Below, piece after piece: positions 23,688 to 37,600 of a stretch of 64,000 nucleotides of DNA. The notes beneath the pieces were generated by a model. It did not search any database, had not been told where the DNA came from, and saw only the letters and a list, made by a program, of their open reading frames with translations. Where the stretch lies: assembly GCF_006345805.1 (NCBI RefSeq), contig NC_043016.1, forward strand, positions 29,698,001-29,762,000, read 5' to 3'. Positions within the stretch are counted from its first letter, which is position 1; every line of letters begins with the position of its first letter. The position numbers and the translations under genes are program-made. The stretch is from Octopus sinensis (taxonomy: Eukaryota).

Positions 23688-26051
23688 TTATATATTTTTG
23701 TCTTGAGATATTTATTATAATATATTTATATATATGTTTTTGTCTTGAAATATTTCCAGACACCAATGATTGTAGTCCAAATCCTTGCCAAAATCATGGC
23801 ATCTGCACTGACAGAATAAACGGTTTCCGCTGTGTGTGTCCCAAAGGATGGAAAGGGAAAACATGCAATTCAAGTAAGAGATTATTCTATTTTTTTTTGT
23901 TTCTTTTACTCATTTCAGTCATTTGACTGCAACCATGCTGGAGCACCGCCTTAAAGGGTTTTAGTAATAGAAATTGACCCCAGGACTTTTTTTTAAGCCT
24001 TGTACTTATTCTACTAGTCACTGTTTTGCTGAACTGCGAAATTACGGGGCAGGTAAGTATGCCAACGCTGGGGTTATCAAGCAGTGGTGGGGGACAAATG
24101 CAACCACAAAGATACAGACAGATATATACATACATACATACACACATACACACACACACACATATGTGATGGGCTTCTTTCAGTTTCCGTCTACCAAATC
24201 CACTTTACAAGGCTTTGGTCAGCCCGAAGCTATAGTAGAAAACACTTGCCCAAGGTGCCATGCAGAGGGACTGGGACTCAACCATGTGGTTGGGAGGCAA
24301 GAACTAATTTAACATGGTTTAATTAGTTCAATGATTAATTAATAGATATTACTGTTCAATGTTGCAATCTCTACATGAGTTAGTAGCATTTAAATGAGTC
24401 ATATCCAACCCAAATATTCTACTCGTTTTAAATTCAAACCAGCCAAATTTGACATCTCATACCATTCTTGCATTATCATTCTAAAAATAGTGGCTTTAGG
24501 TACAGACATGGCCATGCAGTAAGAAGCTTGCTTCCCAACCACTTGGTTCCAGTTTCAGTCCCACTGTGTGGCACCTTGGAGAAGAATCTTCTACAAAACC
24601 TTTGGGCTGACCAAAGCCTTGTGAGTGGATTTGGTAGATGGAAACTGAAAAAAGCCTGTCGTGTGTGTCTTTATGCTTTTTGTTTGTATGTATGTGTGTA
24701 TCATCATCATCATCATCATCATTTAACGTCCGCTTTCCATGCTAGCATGGGTTGGACGGTTCAACTGGGGTCTGGGGAGCCCGAAGGCTGCACCAGTCCA
24801 GTCAGATCTGGCAGTGTTTCTACAGCTGGATGCCCTTCCTAACGCCAACCACTCCGAGAGTGTAGTGGGTGATTTTATGTGCCACTGACACAGGTGCCAG
24901 ACGAGGCTGGCAAACGGCCACGCTCGGATGGTGTTTTTTATGTGCCACCGACACAGGTGCCAGACGAGGCTGGCAGACGGCCACGCTCAGATGGTGTTTT
25001 TATGTGCCACCGACACAGGTGCCAGATGAGGCTGGCAAACGGCCACGATCGGATGGTGTATATATATATATATATATTTATACACACAGATACACACACA
25101 CTGAAAAATGAAGGATCAAATATTTCTGAAGCCTGTGGGAGAAGAATCTATTTGTCTTTGATGCATAGAACTTTTTGGAAATAAAAGATTTAAGAGATTT
25201 TCACAGAAATCTCATTAATGGTGCTTGTGCAAAGAGATTACTGTGATGGTCTTTGAGATATACTTCACTGCAAAAGGAAATAAATGAAAATGGTACATGT
25301 CTTATATGGTGAAATTATACTCTTTTGCATTTGAAGTTTATGATTGTTATTAATTATTATTATTATTATTATTAGCGTGTCAGACAAAATGCTTGGCAGC
25401 ATTTCATCCATTTTTGTGTTCTAAGTTCAAATTCTGCCGAGGTCAACTTTGCCATTCATCCTTTCAGGGTTGATGAAATAAGGGTCAGTGAAACACTGGC
25501 GTCCATGTAATCGACTAGTCCCCTTCTCCAACTGTTATTGTTGTTATTACTACTACTACTACTACTACTGCTGCTGCTACTATTACTACTATTGAATATT
25601 TTTGTTCTTTCTTTGTTATTTTACAGAAGTGAGTCAGTGTGATCGTTTTACATGTTCCAACGGAGGAACTTGTCAGGATCGTGGCGCATCATTTCAATGT
25701 CTCTGTCCAGATGGATTCTATGGCGATACCTGTCAAATAGGTAATTAAGCAAATTGACATGACTGCAGTTTTTTTACTAATTCGTTGCATTACTGTAACA
25801 AAAAAAAAAGTCAGAACATTTCACTCAAGAAGAAATATTTACACACACATATGCAGAAGTATATATACATACACATTTTTGTTTTTGTGTGTGTATGTAT
25901 ATATATATATATATATATTAGAAGAAATAAGGTACTCAGAAATGTGGATGGTTTTACATGTAAATGTAAAACCATCCAGATTTCTGAGTACCTTATTTCT
26001 TCTAATATATAATGCCTTTATATCACCTCCAAACCTTCTTATATATATATA

Positions 26052-26128
<77 letters not shown>

Positions 26129-26754
26129 ATATACACATACATACATTTTTTAAATTTGTTTATGGGAAACATTTTGCACATGCATATAAAGCTCCCATTC
26201 CATTATGCCAGCCACAGTCAAATGATGCTGACTGGTGAACTAGTTTTTCAAGGTTGCATCAAGTTGTATCAAGTTATAATGTGGGATACATGTAAATTAT
26301 AATATCAAAAATAATCCTTGGACGAAATTTATAAACATTTATTTATATCGCTACATGTGTTTTCACAAATTACATGTCTCTTAAGATCGTAGTCTGTAAT
26401 CCTGCGATAATTACAGTGTAGTCTGTAGTATCCGTGAACATCCAGTTGATCATTGCCATTGGTTCATTTCTTCAGGTGGAATTTGTGGAAGCATATGTAG
26501 CGATGCATTAAATGTTTACAAATTCCACCCAAGGATTATTGTTATTATTAACATATATGAGAGAGATATGGTGATGAAAACAGGAAAAATAGAACTCAAA
26601 ATATGAATATATTAATATTTTTAGCAGAAGCAAGAGAGTAATTCAAGGTTTGTGAGTTTCGTGCATTTGATAAATGCTAATGCATGAAACACTCGGATCT
26701 TGAGTCATTCTGTTGCTTTTGCTAAATATTGATAAGAATCTATCTATCTATCTA

Positions 26755-26831
<77 letters not shown>

Positions 26832-27874
26832 ATGTATTTTTAACTAATTTGTAATATTTTCCTTGTTTCTAGTCACTATGATGTTGAAAATGATAAATTA
26901 CATAAGGAAAGATTAATGTTAAAATACAAAATATTAATCTTGTGCATTATTTACAGATTAGGTATTAATTGATATAAAAATTTATTCTGGTTTTTTTTGT
27001 ATCCATTTTACCATACTAGCATTTGTTGGGGCATCACAGCCAGAAGCCCTTCCTGTTACAAAACCCTTCACTGTTGTGAATATACAGTGTGTTCATCATT
27101 GATTGAAACAAAGACAGTGTATTTCAACAGAAATATGGTAACAGAAGAGTTAATTACTCCCATATAGGGTGTGTGGAGACACATGGCCTAGTGGTTAGAG
27201 CAGTGGACTCATGGTCGAGGGATCATGGGTTCGAATCTCAGACTAGGTGATGTGTGTGTTTATGAGCGAAACACTTAAGTTCCATGTGGCTCTGGCAGAA
27301 AGTAACGGCAAACTTCTGCTGACTCTTCCGCTACAACTTTCTCTCATTTTTTCCTCCTGCATCTAGCAGCTCACCTGTGATAGATCGGTGTCCCATCCAG
27401 GTGGGGAACCTATATACCAATGAAACTGGGAAACCGGCCCTTATGAGCCAGGTATGGCTCAAGAAGGGACAAACAACAACAATGTAGGGTTGCAATTAAT
27501 ACTAATGAGATACTAGTTACTACAACAATAAGGAAAACTTTTTGGAAACTCTTTCTTAAGTTACTAAATTCCTTCCAAATTCTTGACTATTTAAGAAAAT
27601 CTTTTGAAATAAATGACCCAAGCATATTTGTTAAAAATATAGACACAAAATGTTAAACAATATTGAATTTTAATTTTTTGTTTTTGTTAAAAAATTATTT
27701 AAAATTTTCTTTCAAAGCTTCTTGGCACAGCTGTGATTCAAACCCTTGTCAGAATGGAGGAACCTGTGTCAATTCTGGCGACAGCTTCACTTGTTTTTGT
27801 AAGGAGGGATTTGAAGGCAATGTCTGTGAGCAGAACATTAATGATTGCTACCCGTTTCCTTGGTAACTATGCCA

Positions 27875-27935
<61 letters not shown>

Positions 27936-28541
27936 GAGTGAGAGAGCAGTGCATGCCATCTAAGTGACACTGGGGTAAAATATACAAAGCCCAGAATACC
28001 CATCATGACTACCCATCCGATAAGGGTACACTAGGCACATGCATCGCAACAATATGTGCGCGACAGGGTGATCTCATATCAAGATAAACAGTGCATGACC
28101 TTGCAAGTGGGGCCCAGTTAGAATTTTCTTCTGGTCGAGTAACCCATCCCGCTCAAAAGGTCCCTGAATAAGAGTTGTTTAAGGATGTTGAACGAAACAC
28201 CCATGTTTCCAGAGGTGAATTATTCAAACCCCAAAAAATTCCTCTCATCACATGGCTATGATGCTCCTCCACTACTTCTGCTTGTGATCAGAGATGCACA
28301 TATCGTCAGCCACTAAGGGACATTCTTAACTGGTTAAGGTCAAACAACTGACAAGCAAATCTGTGGTATTGAGCAGAATATTTGCTGTAGCTCATCTTTT
28401 ATACCAAGACAAAACAATGTACATGATAACACTTCCAATCAGTTAAGATCAGAAGCCACGAGAACCACTGCTTGGTACTGCATCAGGGCATGCCATGAGA
28501 GCCACTGTCTGGTACTGAATCATTATTATTATTATTATTAA

Positions 28542-28576
<35 letters not shown>

Positions 28577-30347
28577 TTATTCAAATTCCACTGAGGTTGA
28601 CTTTGCCTTTCATCCTTTCAGGATCATTGAAATAAGTACCAGTTGATCACTGGGGTTGATATAATTGACTTATCTTCTAAACTAAAATTACTGGCTTTCT
28701 ACCAAATTATTACCACTGCTAAGGTGGTGAACTGGCAGAATCATTGGCATGCCTGGTAAAATGCTTAACGGCATTTCATCCATTTTATATTCTGCGGTCA
28801 AATTCTGCCAAGGTCACCTTTTGCCTTTCATCCTTGATAAATTAAGTACTGGGATCAGTGTAATCAACTAGTCCCCTCCCTGCAAATTTCAGGCCTTGTG
28901 CCTTTAGTAGAAAGGATTATTATTATTATTATTGTTGTTGTTGTTTTTCCATTTCAGTTACAATGGTGCTCAGTGTATTGATGGTGTAAATTGGTACTTG
29001 TGTGACTGTAGCAAAGGCTTTGCTGGACCAGACTGCAGAATAAGTAAGCGTTTCATTCTACCAGCTGTTATTTCATCTTGCATAGGTTCTGTATTGGTTA
29101 ATGATTCATATCACTTAATCAATGTATACCTGAGTATGTCTGTCTATATATTTGTGTTTATAAGGCGGTGAGCTGGCAGAAACATTAGCACACCGGGCGA
29201 AATGCATTGCCATATTTCGTCTGTCGTTACGTTCCTAGTTCAAGTTCTGCTGAGGTCAACTTTGCCTTTCATCCTTTCGGGGTTGATAAATTAAGTACCA
29301 GTTACGCACTGGGGTCGATGTAATCGACTTAATCCGTTTGTCTGTCCTTGTTTGTCCCCTCTGTGTTTAACCCCTTGTGGGTAGTAAAGAAATATATATA
29401 TTTGTGTTTATGTTTAGGTGTTAAAACCCTTTTGGTTCTAGCTTGCCAGAGAGTGCCCTTGGTTTTACAATACAGGATTTGTTTTAAGTGATCTAAATTA
29501 AAATTTCATGATGATTTATGTTCTAAACACCAGCCTAATAATAAAAAAGTTTATCTTACTGTACTCTACATTATTTTCAAATTCAGTTGTGAGAGAGAGA
29601 GAGAGGCAGGTTATGTCAACTGAAATATGGTAACAAAAAGGTTAAAGTGATCTAAATCAAATCCTTCTATCAAAATTTCATGTTAATTTTATATTCCAAA
29701 CTAACACCAGCTCAATAATGACTGACAAAGTTATTTTATAAAATTCTTCACCATTTTCGAAATTAATTGAGACAAAGATAGCGTATTTCAATAGAAATTT
29801 GGTAACAAATACAAGGCGTTGAGCTGGCAGAAACGTTAGCACGCTGGGTGAAATGCTTAGCAGTATTTCGTCTGCTACTACGTTTTGAGTTCAAATTCCG
29901 CTAAGGACGACTTTGCCCTTCATCTTTTGGGGTCAATTCAATAAGTACCAGTTACGCACTGGGATTGACATAATCGACTTAATCCGTTTGTCTGTCCTTG
30001 TTTGTCCCCTCTGTGTGTAGCCCCTTGTGGGCACTAAAGAAATAAGAAATTTGGTAACAATAAGGTAATTAAAGTGATCTAAATTAAAATCTAGCATCAA
30101 AATTTCATGTTAATTTATGTTCTAATCACCAGCCTGATAATAACAGTTATTCTATTAAATTCTATTAAAATATGAAAAAATCAACGAAAATACACATTGC
30201 AAATAAAAAAGGCTTTTTATGAAAGGTAATGACAGATATATACATTTAGATGGACTGAGGTAGTAATAAAAGTCATTATTATGAGATGATTATAAGATGA
30301 TTATATAACCGTCCAACCCATGCTAGCATGGAAAACGGACGCTAAAC

Positions 30348-30444
<97 letters not shown>

Positions 30445-30745
30445 CGTTTAAATATTTGTTGTGCAAGATTTTTTATGTGAAGTCGTGTGTTGAAACAGAT
30501 ATTGTTGTATTTAGGAATGGTCATTTTGCCAGTTTAGCCAATAAAAACACACGCACTATATATTTGGTGTTACTTTGCTTTAGTCTTATTTATTTTTTAC
30601 ATTAATCTTAATCTTATTTCGGCCATAAGATTAAGATTAAGATTAATGTAAAAAATAAATAACACTGAAGCAAAGTAACACCAAATATATAGTGCGTGTG
30701 TTTTTATTGGCTAAACTGGCAAAATTACCATTCCTAAATACAACA

Positions 30746-30802
<57 letters not shown>

Positions 30803-31090
30803 GTTAAATCTATGTCCAGTCATATAGTGACCAGACATAGACTTAACTACATAAATACATTACTACTTTATGTTTTAGAGTGTGCTGCTTTTTGGGTATA
30901 TGATACATTGACAATATACTGACGAGCGAAAGCAAAACCTGTTGACAAACACAATACACTTTCACTTATAAAATATATTAAAACTATGTGAACTGTGTGC
31001 ATTTTCCTTCTTCTATTTTATATATATTTTTTTGTATTACAACTCACCATGTGGAGGATAATTGAAATTCTTCTCCTCCCCTTTCGTTAC

Positions 31091-31125
<35 letters not shown>

Positions 31126-33120
31126 TTATATATATATGTTTATATATCAATAATGACAAAAGAACGAGAGTTACATAATTAATCATTAAGCATAAGTATA
31201 ATGAGTTCTCACAGTTGGTTCTTGGCATTTCTATAGCGCTAAGCAGAATTGTGATATATAATACACATACATGCACACGTAAATGTGCATGGGTGTGAGG
31301 TCCTCTTTGCATCGCTAACTAATCTCTGTTTGTTACACATCAATTTCGGCTTTTATGCACTTGAAGAGAGTTGAAGGAAATTCGTGTGTGGTGTATGTGT
31401 GTACCTGTATATCTATCTGTGGGAAATCTGTTGTCAGATGAAGTAAGAGCGTCTTACTTATTCCACCTGTTTGTCCTTGACACTAACCTAGTTTACGTCA
31501 TTTGTACTGTTAGTTGTCTCCTCTTGATCATATTGTTCCCAGTTCTGACTTCTGGCTTGATCTGCCCCTCCCCTTCGCCACCAGCACCACCACCATGCTG
31601 CTGCTGGTGACTACTCTTTACCACAGTACTTCTGTCAGCCAAGTCAACCATGACTACATATCCTATTCACTCACATTTGCATGAGTGCACACTGACACAC
31701 ACACACACCACCACCACCACACACACTACACTATTCTTATATACATTATGAAAGCTATATAAAATATATATATGCATGTGTATCTGCGTGTGTGTGTATA
31801 TATATATATATTATATATATATATATATTTACAGGAATGTAAAAACGGTGCTGTATATAAAAAACATTTTAGAGTAACATAATAACTCATATTTTTGAAA
31901 TTGCAGATATACAAGAATGTACTTCGAATCCATGTGCTTTTGGCAGTACTTGCATTGATGAGATTGGTAGCTATAAATGTATTTGTCCTCCCGGAAGAAC
32001 TGGAAATCAATGTGAAAATGGTTAGTCATGTATCTATGTAAACTTGTTAATTAATCAAAATTAAATTTCTGTTGTATTTAAATCAATCCTTTAGCATTTA
32101 AACTGACCATATCTGGCCAAAAATATTCTACCTGTTTCGTGTTCCTACTGACCAGATTCAGCCTCTCACCAACCCCGTAATGTTCTTTTGAAACTAAACG
32201 ACCACATCATTGAAATCTCAAAGCTATGAGATAATGTATGATTAATTCAAAACAATATGAACAAATAAGCATTACATCTGACAGAATAATGTAATGCTAA
32301 AGGCTAAAACATATACCTATATAAACAGGTTCTGGTGGGTCTAAGGATTAACATATCTTTTTGGTTACAAGAGCCTGTCTTAATTCCAATAAAACATTTG
32401 GTAACTCTTTCATTTTTTTCTTTTCTGTTATATTTTCAGTTATTGGACATTTGCCTTCTCCTAATTCCTGTATTTTCAAACAACATGCCTACTCTGACAA
32501 AAGCTCATGGAAACATGAGTGCAATTCTTGTCATTGCAACGACGGTCGCGTTCATTGTACAAAGGTAAGGAATTTATCCTGTAAACCCAGCAAGTTGTTG
32601 TTACATATTAGTTCTACTGCTGCTGTTGTTGTTGTTTAGCACCACAAGTCAATCCTGATCTTTGGTAAAAGACATTCCAGCCATGACCCTCCTATCTTTT
32701 TCCCTTGCTCATAGAGTACTCTAAACCAGTGCTTCTCAAACTATCTAATGTGGCATACTGGCAGGTTTTTTTTCCAATGTGCCAGCAACTGGTAATATTT
32801 CTTAGTAATATATTAATTTATACTGGAAACAATATATATAAAAACAACACTGAACACCTTTTTGATCTTCATGTGTCTAACACACGTGGACATGCCTACA
32901 AAGTCAGAAAACAACACAGCTCCCATGACTTTCGGAAACATTTTTTCACGCTCAGAGTTGCTGAAGCATGGAACAAACTGCCTGCGTCAGTTGTTGACTG
33001 CCATGACACTGCATCCTTTAAGGCCCTCATGCTTTCCGAAATCCGCCGAAACTACACCTGATTATACATACACTTTAGATGAGTTGTAGTGCACCTGAGC
33101 ACTGTACACAATGTTTTTTT

Positions 33121-33161
<41 letters not shown>

Positions 33162-34559
33162 ATGAATATAATAAAAATTGACAATTTTTTAAAAATCCAT
33201 GCCAAATCAGACTAGAGCCTGGTACAGCTTTCCAGCATGCCAGCCCAGTCAAACCATCCAACCCATGCATGGTCAACAGATGTTAAATGATGATAATGTA
33301 TATATATAAAAGTTCCCCTTCAATCATGAATGACCATGGGATTGCACCTAGAAAGTTCCCTTCTGCGGCACAAAGTTTGTTTATGGAAGATCAGAAGTTG
33401 TCCATGCATACCAGCCTCCCTTCTCCATGCCACCAGTGTTATCCAAGAGAAAGGCAAAGGCCAATACAGCTTGGTACCAGTGACATCACAACTCATTTCT
33501 ACAGCTGAGTGAACTGGAAGAACATGAAATAAAGTGTCTTGCTCAAGAACACAACACACAGCTCAATATATATATATATATATATATATATATCTGTGTC
33601 TGTTATCATTTCCTTGTGAGGACATAGCAAAATAAATTGCAAGCATTACCATTGTGTGAGCAGTGTCATTCATTTCCAGTCTTCTGCAAGGTCATGTCCA
33701 GCAATAGGAAACAAGTGAAAGTTGGTGACAGGAAGAGCACCCAGTTGTGGAAAATCTCAACAAATTTCATCCAACCCTTGCAGGCATGGAAGAGAGGGAA
33801 CATTAAAACAGTGATGATGATATAATTCATGCCATATTAATTGTAATTTAACTAGTATTGTGGCATTAATTATTATTATCATTAAAATATTTCTGGAATC
33901 ATCCGGTCCATAATATTTTTTTCTTTTTCTTTTTTCTTTTGTTTTGTTTTGGTTTGTTTATGAATATTATCATTGGAATATTTCTATATTTGAAGGTTTG
34001 GTGCGGACCCAAAAACTGCTTGAGCCATCCAAATGTTTCTGAGCCAGTCGATATATGTGCACATGATGAAACGTGTGTTGTAAAAACAACACAGACATGC
34101 TTTACACCACCCTGCTTGCCTTGGGGTCACTGTAAACATATATCAAAGATTGAAGATTCTGCTCCCAGAGATATACAAACCAACTGTATACCAAATGAAG
34201 CAAAAATCAGTAATAACTGTGCAAAAATCAACCTTCTCTTTGACAAATCTCGGATGCCAAAAGTAAGTTGGAATTAAATTCTTCTCTGGGTAAAAATTCA
34301 TATTACTCAATGACACTGCTGCCACTTCTGTTAGATTTTCATCTGTTGCTGATATTTCTGATATCATAACAGATGCTATCTCAGGATGAACACTGCAGTA
34401 AATTAAGATTTCACTAATATATCTGCTTTATGTATGATACACCTATTGCTATTTTAACCTAATACTCTTTCTGTTGCATGTTACAAATTATTATGGGGTT
34501 GATATAATTGATAAGTCTCCTTCTCTAAAATTTCAGGGCTTGTGCCTTTAGTAGAAAGG

Positions 34560-34614
<55 letters not shown>

Positions 34615-37600
34615 GGGTGTGTGGCCTAATGGTTAGGTTGTTGCATTCACAATTGTGAGATTATGGTATCAATTCCTAGACCAGGTGATATGTTGTGTTC
34701 TTGGACAAAACACTTTGTCTCATGTTGTTGCTTTGCAATCATTTTTAACACCTGACATGTGGTCCGCCATGCATTTGAGTGGGCAATGTTTATTTAATGG
34801 AGAGAGTGAGTTAATTAATATACAGCACATACATTTGATTGCTATAAAACAAATCATTTGTGCCAGTCGTCAGGCAAAATATGAACACTTATACATCATC
34901 TTTGACTGGAGACTCCATCATCGTTGTTATGGCATTTACAACATGGTTTCAAGCTGGTTTTCAGGAATTTAAACACATCAGTTTTCAACAGACTTTTGCA
35001 ATAGCTGAAAAGTTCTTTGAAAATCATGGTGACCAAATTCCTGAAAACTAAGTAATAAGAGGCACCAAAGGAAAATATGAAACTTTACAAAGAAATTTTT
35101 AAATTCTCATGTTGAATCTGAGTTTAGTAATTGTCTGTCTGTAGACCTGACTATTACAATTGATTCTTTTATTTTACAGGGCGTATCTGTTGGCAATATC
35201 TGCAATTCTCTTCGAGCCTTCCCCAAAGTGCAAGCTTATGCCAAGAAAGAAACGATTATTATTCTATGTGCTATCCAACTTCGAAGAGCTGACTCCATTG
35301 AAATCACACTGGTAAGTTAACTTTTGTTCCTATCTTTTATTTGTTTCGGTTAGTAGACTGTGCCCATGCTGGGGCACTGCCTTGAAGAATTTTTAGTCAA
35401 ACGACTTAACTTCCTGGTACTTATTCTATTAGTCTCTTTTACTGAATCACTTAGTTATGGGTATGTGAACGCATCAACATTGGTTGTCAAGCAACAGTGA
35501 CACACATACAATGAGCTTCTTACTGTTTTCATCTACCAATTCCACTCAGAAGGATTTGCTGGCCTGGGCAAGATCTTTTTGTTTTATTTTATTTATTCAT
35601 TTATTCATTTTTGTAATGGAAAACTAGCTGTTGTGAACTGAATTTGCCCAAGTGGAAATGAAACAGTTTAGCGCTGATGCAGGTGAACTCAAAATATAAG
35701 GAACTGGAATGAACACAACATTGCACTTTGTGCTGCATTCTAACAGCTCTGGCAATCGTATGCTTGGTAATTACAATTGTTTGCAGGCGTGTTTATATCT
35801 GTGTGTGTGCCAAAAGTCATGTACCAAAACATGTGACATTCCTTATTACATTTATTATCATTCATTTTGTTCATCATGTACTTGAATACACATTACATGT
35901 GTATTCATCATAATTTTATTCAATTTTTAGAAAAATTGAACCTTGTCTTTCATAATTCCAAATCATATTGAACTTATTTGGCTCATGACTTTGGGCCCAC
36001 TCCATATATCAAAATATCTGAGCAGTAGAGAGTGCACACTGTGAAATATATATTGTCTGCATAATATTAATTGCATTCTCTTTTCTTTAACGTTTCAGTC
36101 ACTGGATATGAAGCACAATGATAATTCAGGAATCCTGATTTCTACCTTAAAAGATCTTGTTGAAGAAACGGCTAATGCTGTCAGTCAAAAACTTGTCAAT
36201 AGCAGTGCCTTAAAAGCTGTCATCGATGTCCAGGTACAAACTAATATCATCCCCAAAAAACCTTCAGGTAATTTCAAAGGAATTTTCACCTTTGTTTGTT
36301 CTTATGTTATAAATTCTTATGTGAGTGGATATTTTGAGTTTATTGATGCCTGCTATTCTAATACTTAAAGAATAAAAAGTTTTGAATGGTACAACAATGT
36401 ACTATAATATAGACAATGGGCTATTTACCTGTTGTAATTTAGTTATCCATGGTCTGATATGATGTTTCAGAATTACATTCCTTCTTCAGATATTCTTAAA
36501 TAAGAATTATCTGTATTATAGTGCATTGTTGTACCATTCAAAACTTTTTATTCTTTACAAACAATATACAATGCTTCAAGCCAACTACAATACTCTCCTA
36601 TCTAATACTTAGGCATTTAAACCAGCCATATCTGGCCATTTTTCAGCCTCTCACGCCTACCCTGCGATGTCATACTAAAAATGATGCAAGCACATCATCA
36701 AAATCTCAATGTAAAAACAAATAAAGCATGATTAATTCAAAACAATGCGCATTCATAAGGATAAAATTTAATTTAATAAATATATTCTCAGACGAATTCA
36801 TATTTCAACAAAATTGCATCAACAGTTATTTCCCCCTGTTTATTGTTTATGCCTATGTAACAAAGAAAAATGACATCTTGATTCACCCATCCGCCTGTTT
36901 TGAAGATAATCAAACCATAATAATGAGTTCGAGCCACTCACCCAATGAGTATTTCTGCCAAATTTGGTGAAAATCCGTTCAGCCGTTTTCCAGTAATTTT
37001 GGAAACACACAAAGACGAACGCCTACAATACCCTGCTTTCGCTTACGTGTGCAGGGTAATAAATAAGCATCTAATTTGACAGAGTAATCTGAATGCTTAA
37101 GAGCTAATGTAATGTAGGAGTAATGGAACTTGGTAAATTAGATGGGGTGAGTTATGTACCTTGATCAAACACTATCCATAACTCCTTTCTGGTTTTAGAT
37201 TAATGCTTCTTAAACCATCTGATGTGGCGTACCAACAGTTTTTTTCTCCCCGGTGTGCCAGGGACCGGTAATATTTCTTAGTAATATTAATTTATACTGG
37301 AAACAATATATATAATGAATATAATAAAAGTTGACAATTGTTTTTATCTTAGATTCATTTTGTAAACAAATAATACAATATTACATAAGCATTTTATTAT
37401 AATGTTTCTATTCTGGAAACTCGCCACGTACCGGCAGCTGATGACACATGGACTGGCACCGGTCCGCGGACAAACACTTTGAGTAGCACTGTTTTAGATC
37501 ACTCTAAAACATGAAGTATGTATTATAAAACTAGGGTTGGTATCAAAAGGGTTAAACCTTATAATTGTAGTGTTGTAAATAAAGTGTATCAAATAGCTAA

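Noticed and set aside
27175-27250. tRNA gene candidates (also at other SINE heads)
   Set aside because: A and B boxes are present but continue into SINE bodies, and no intact cloverleaf is evident
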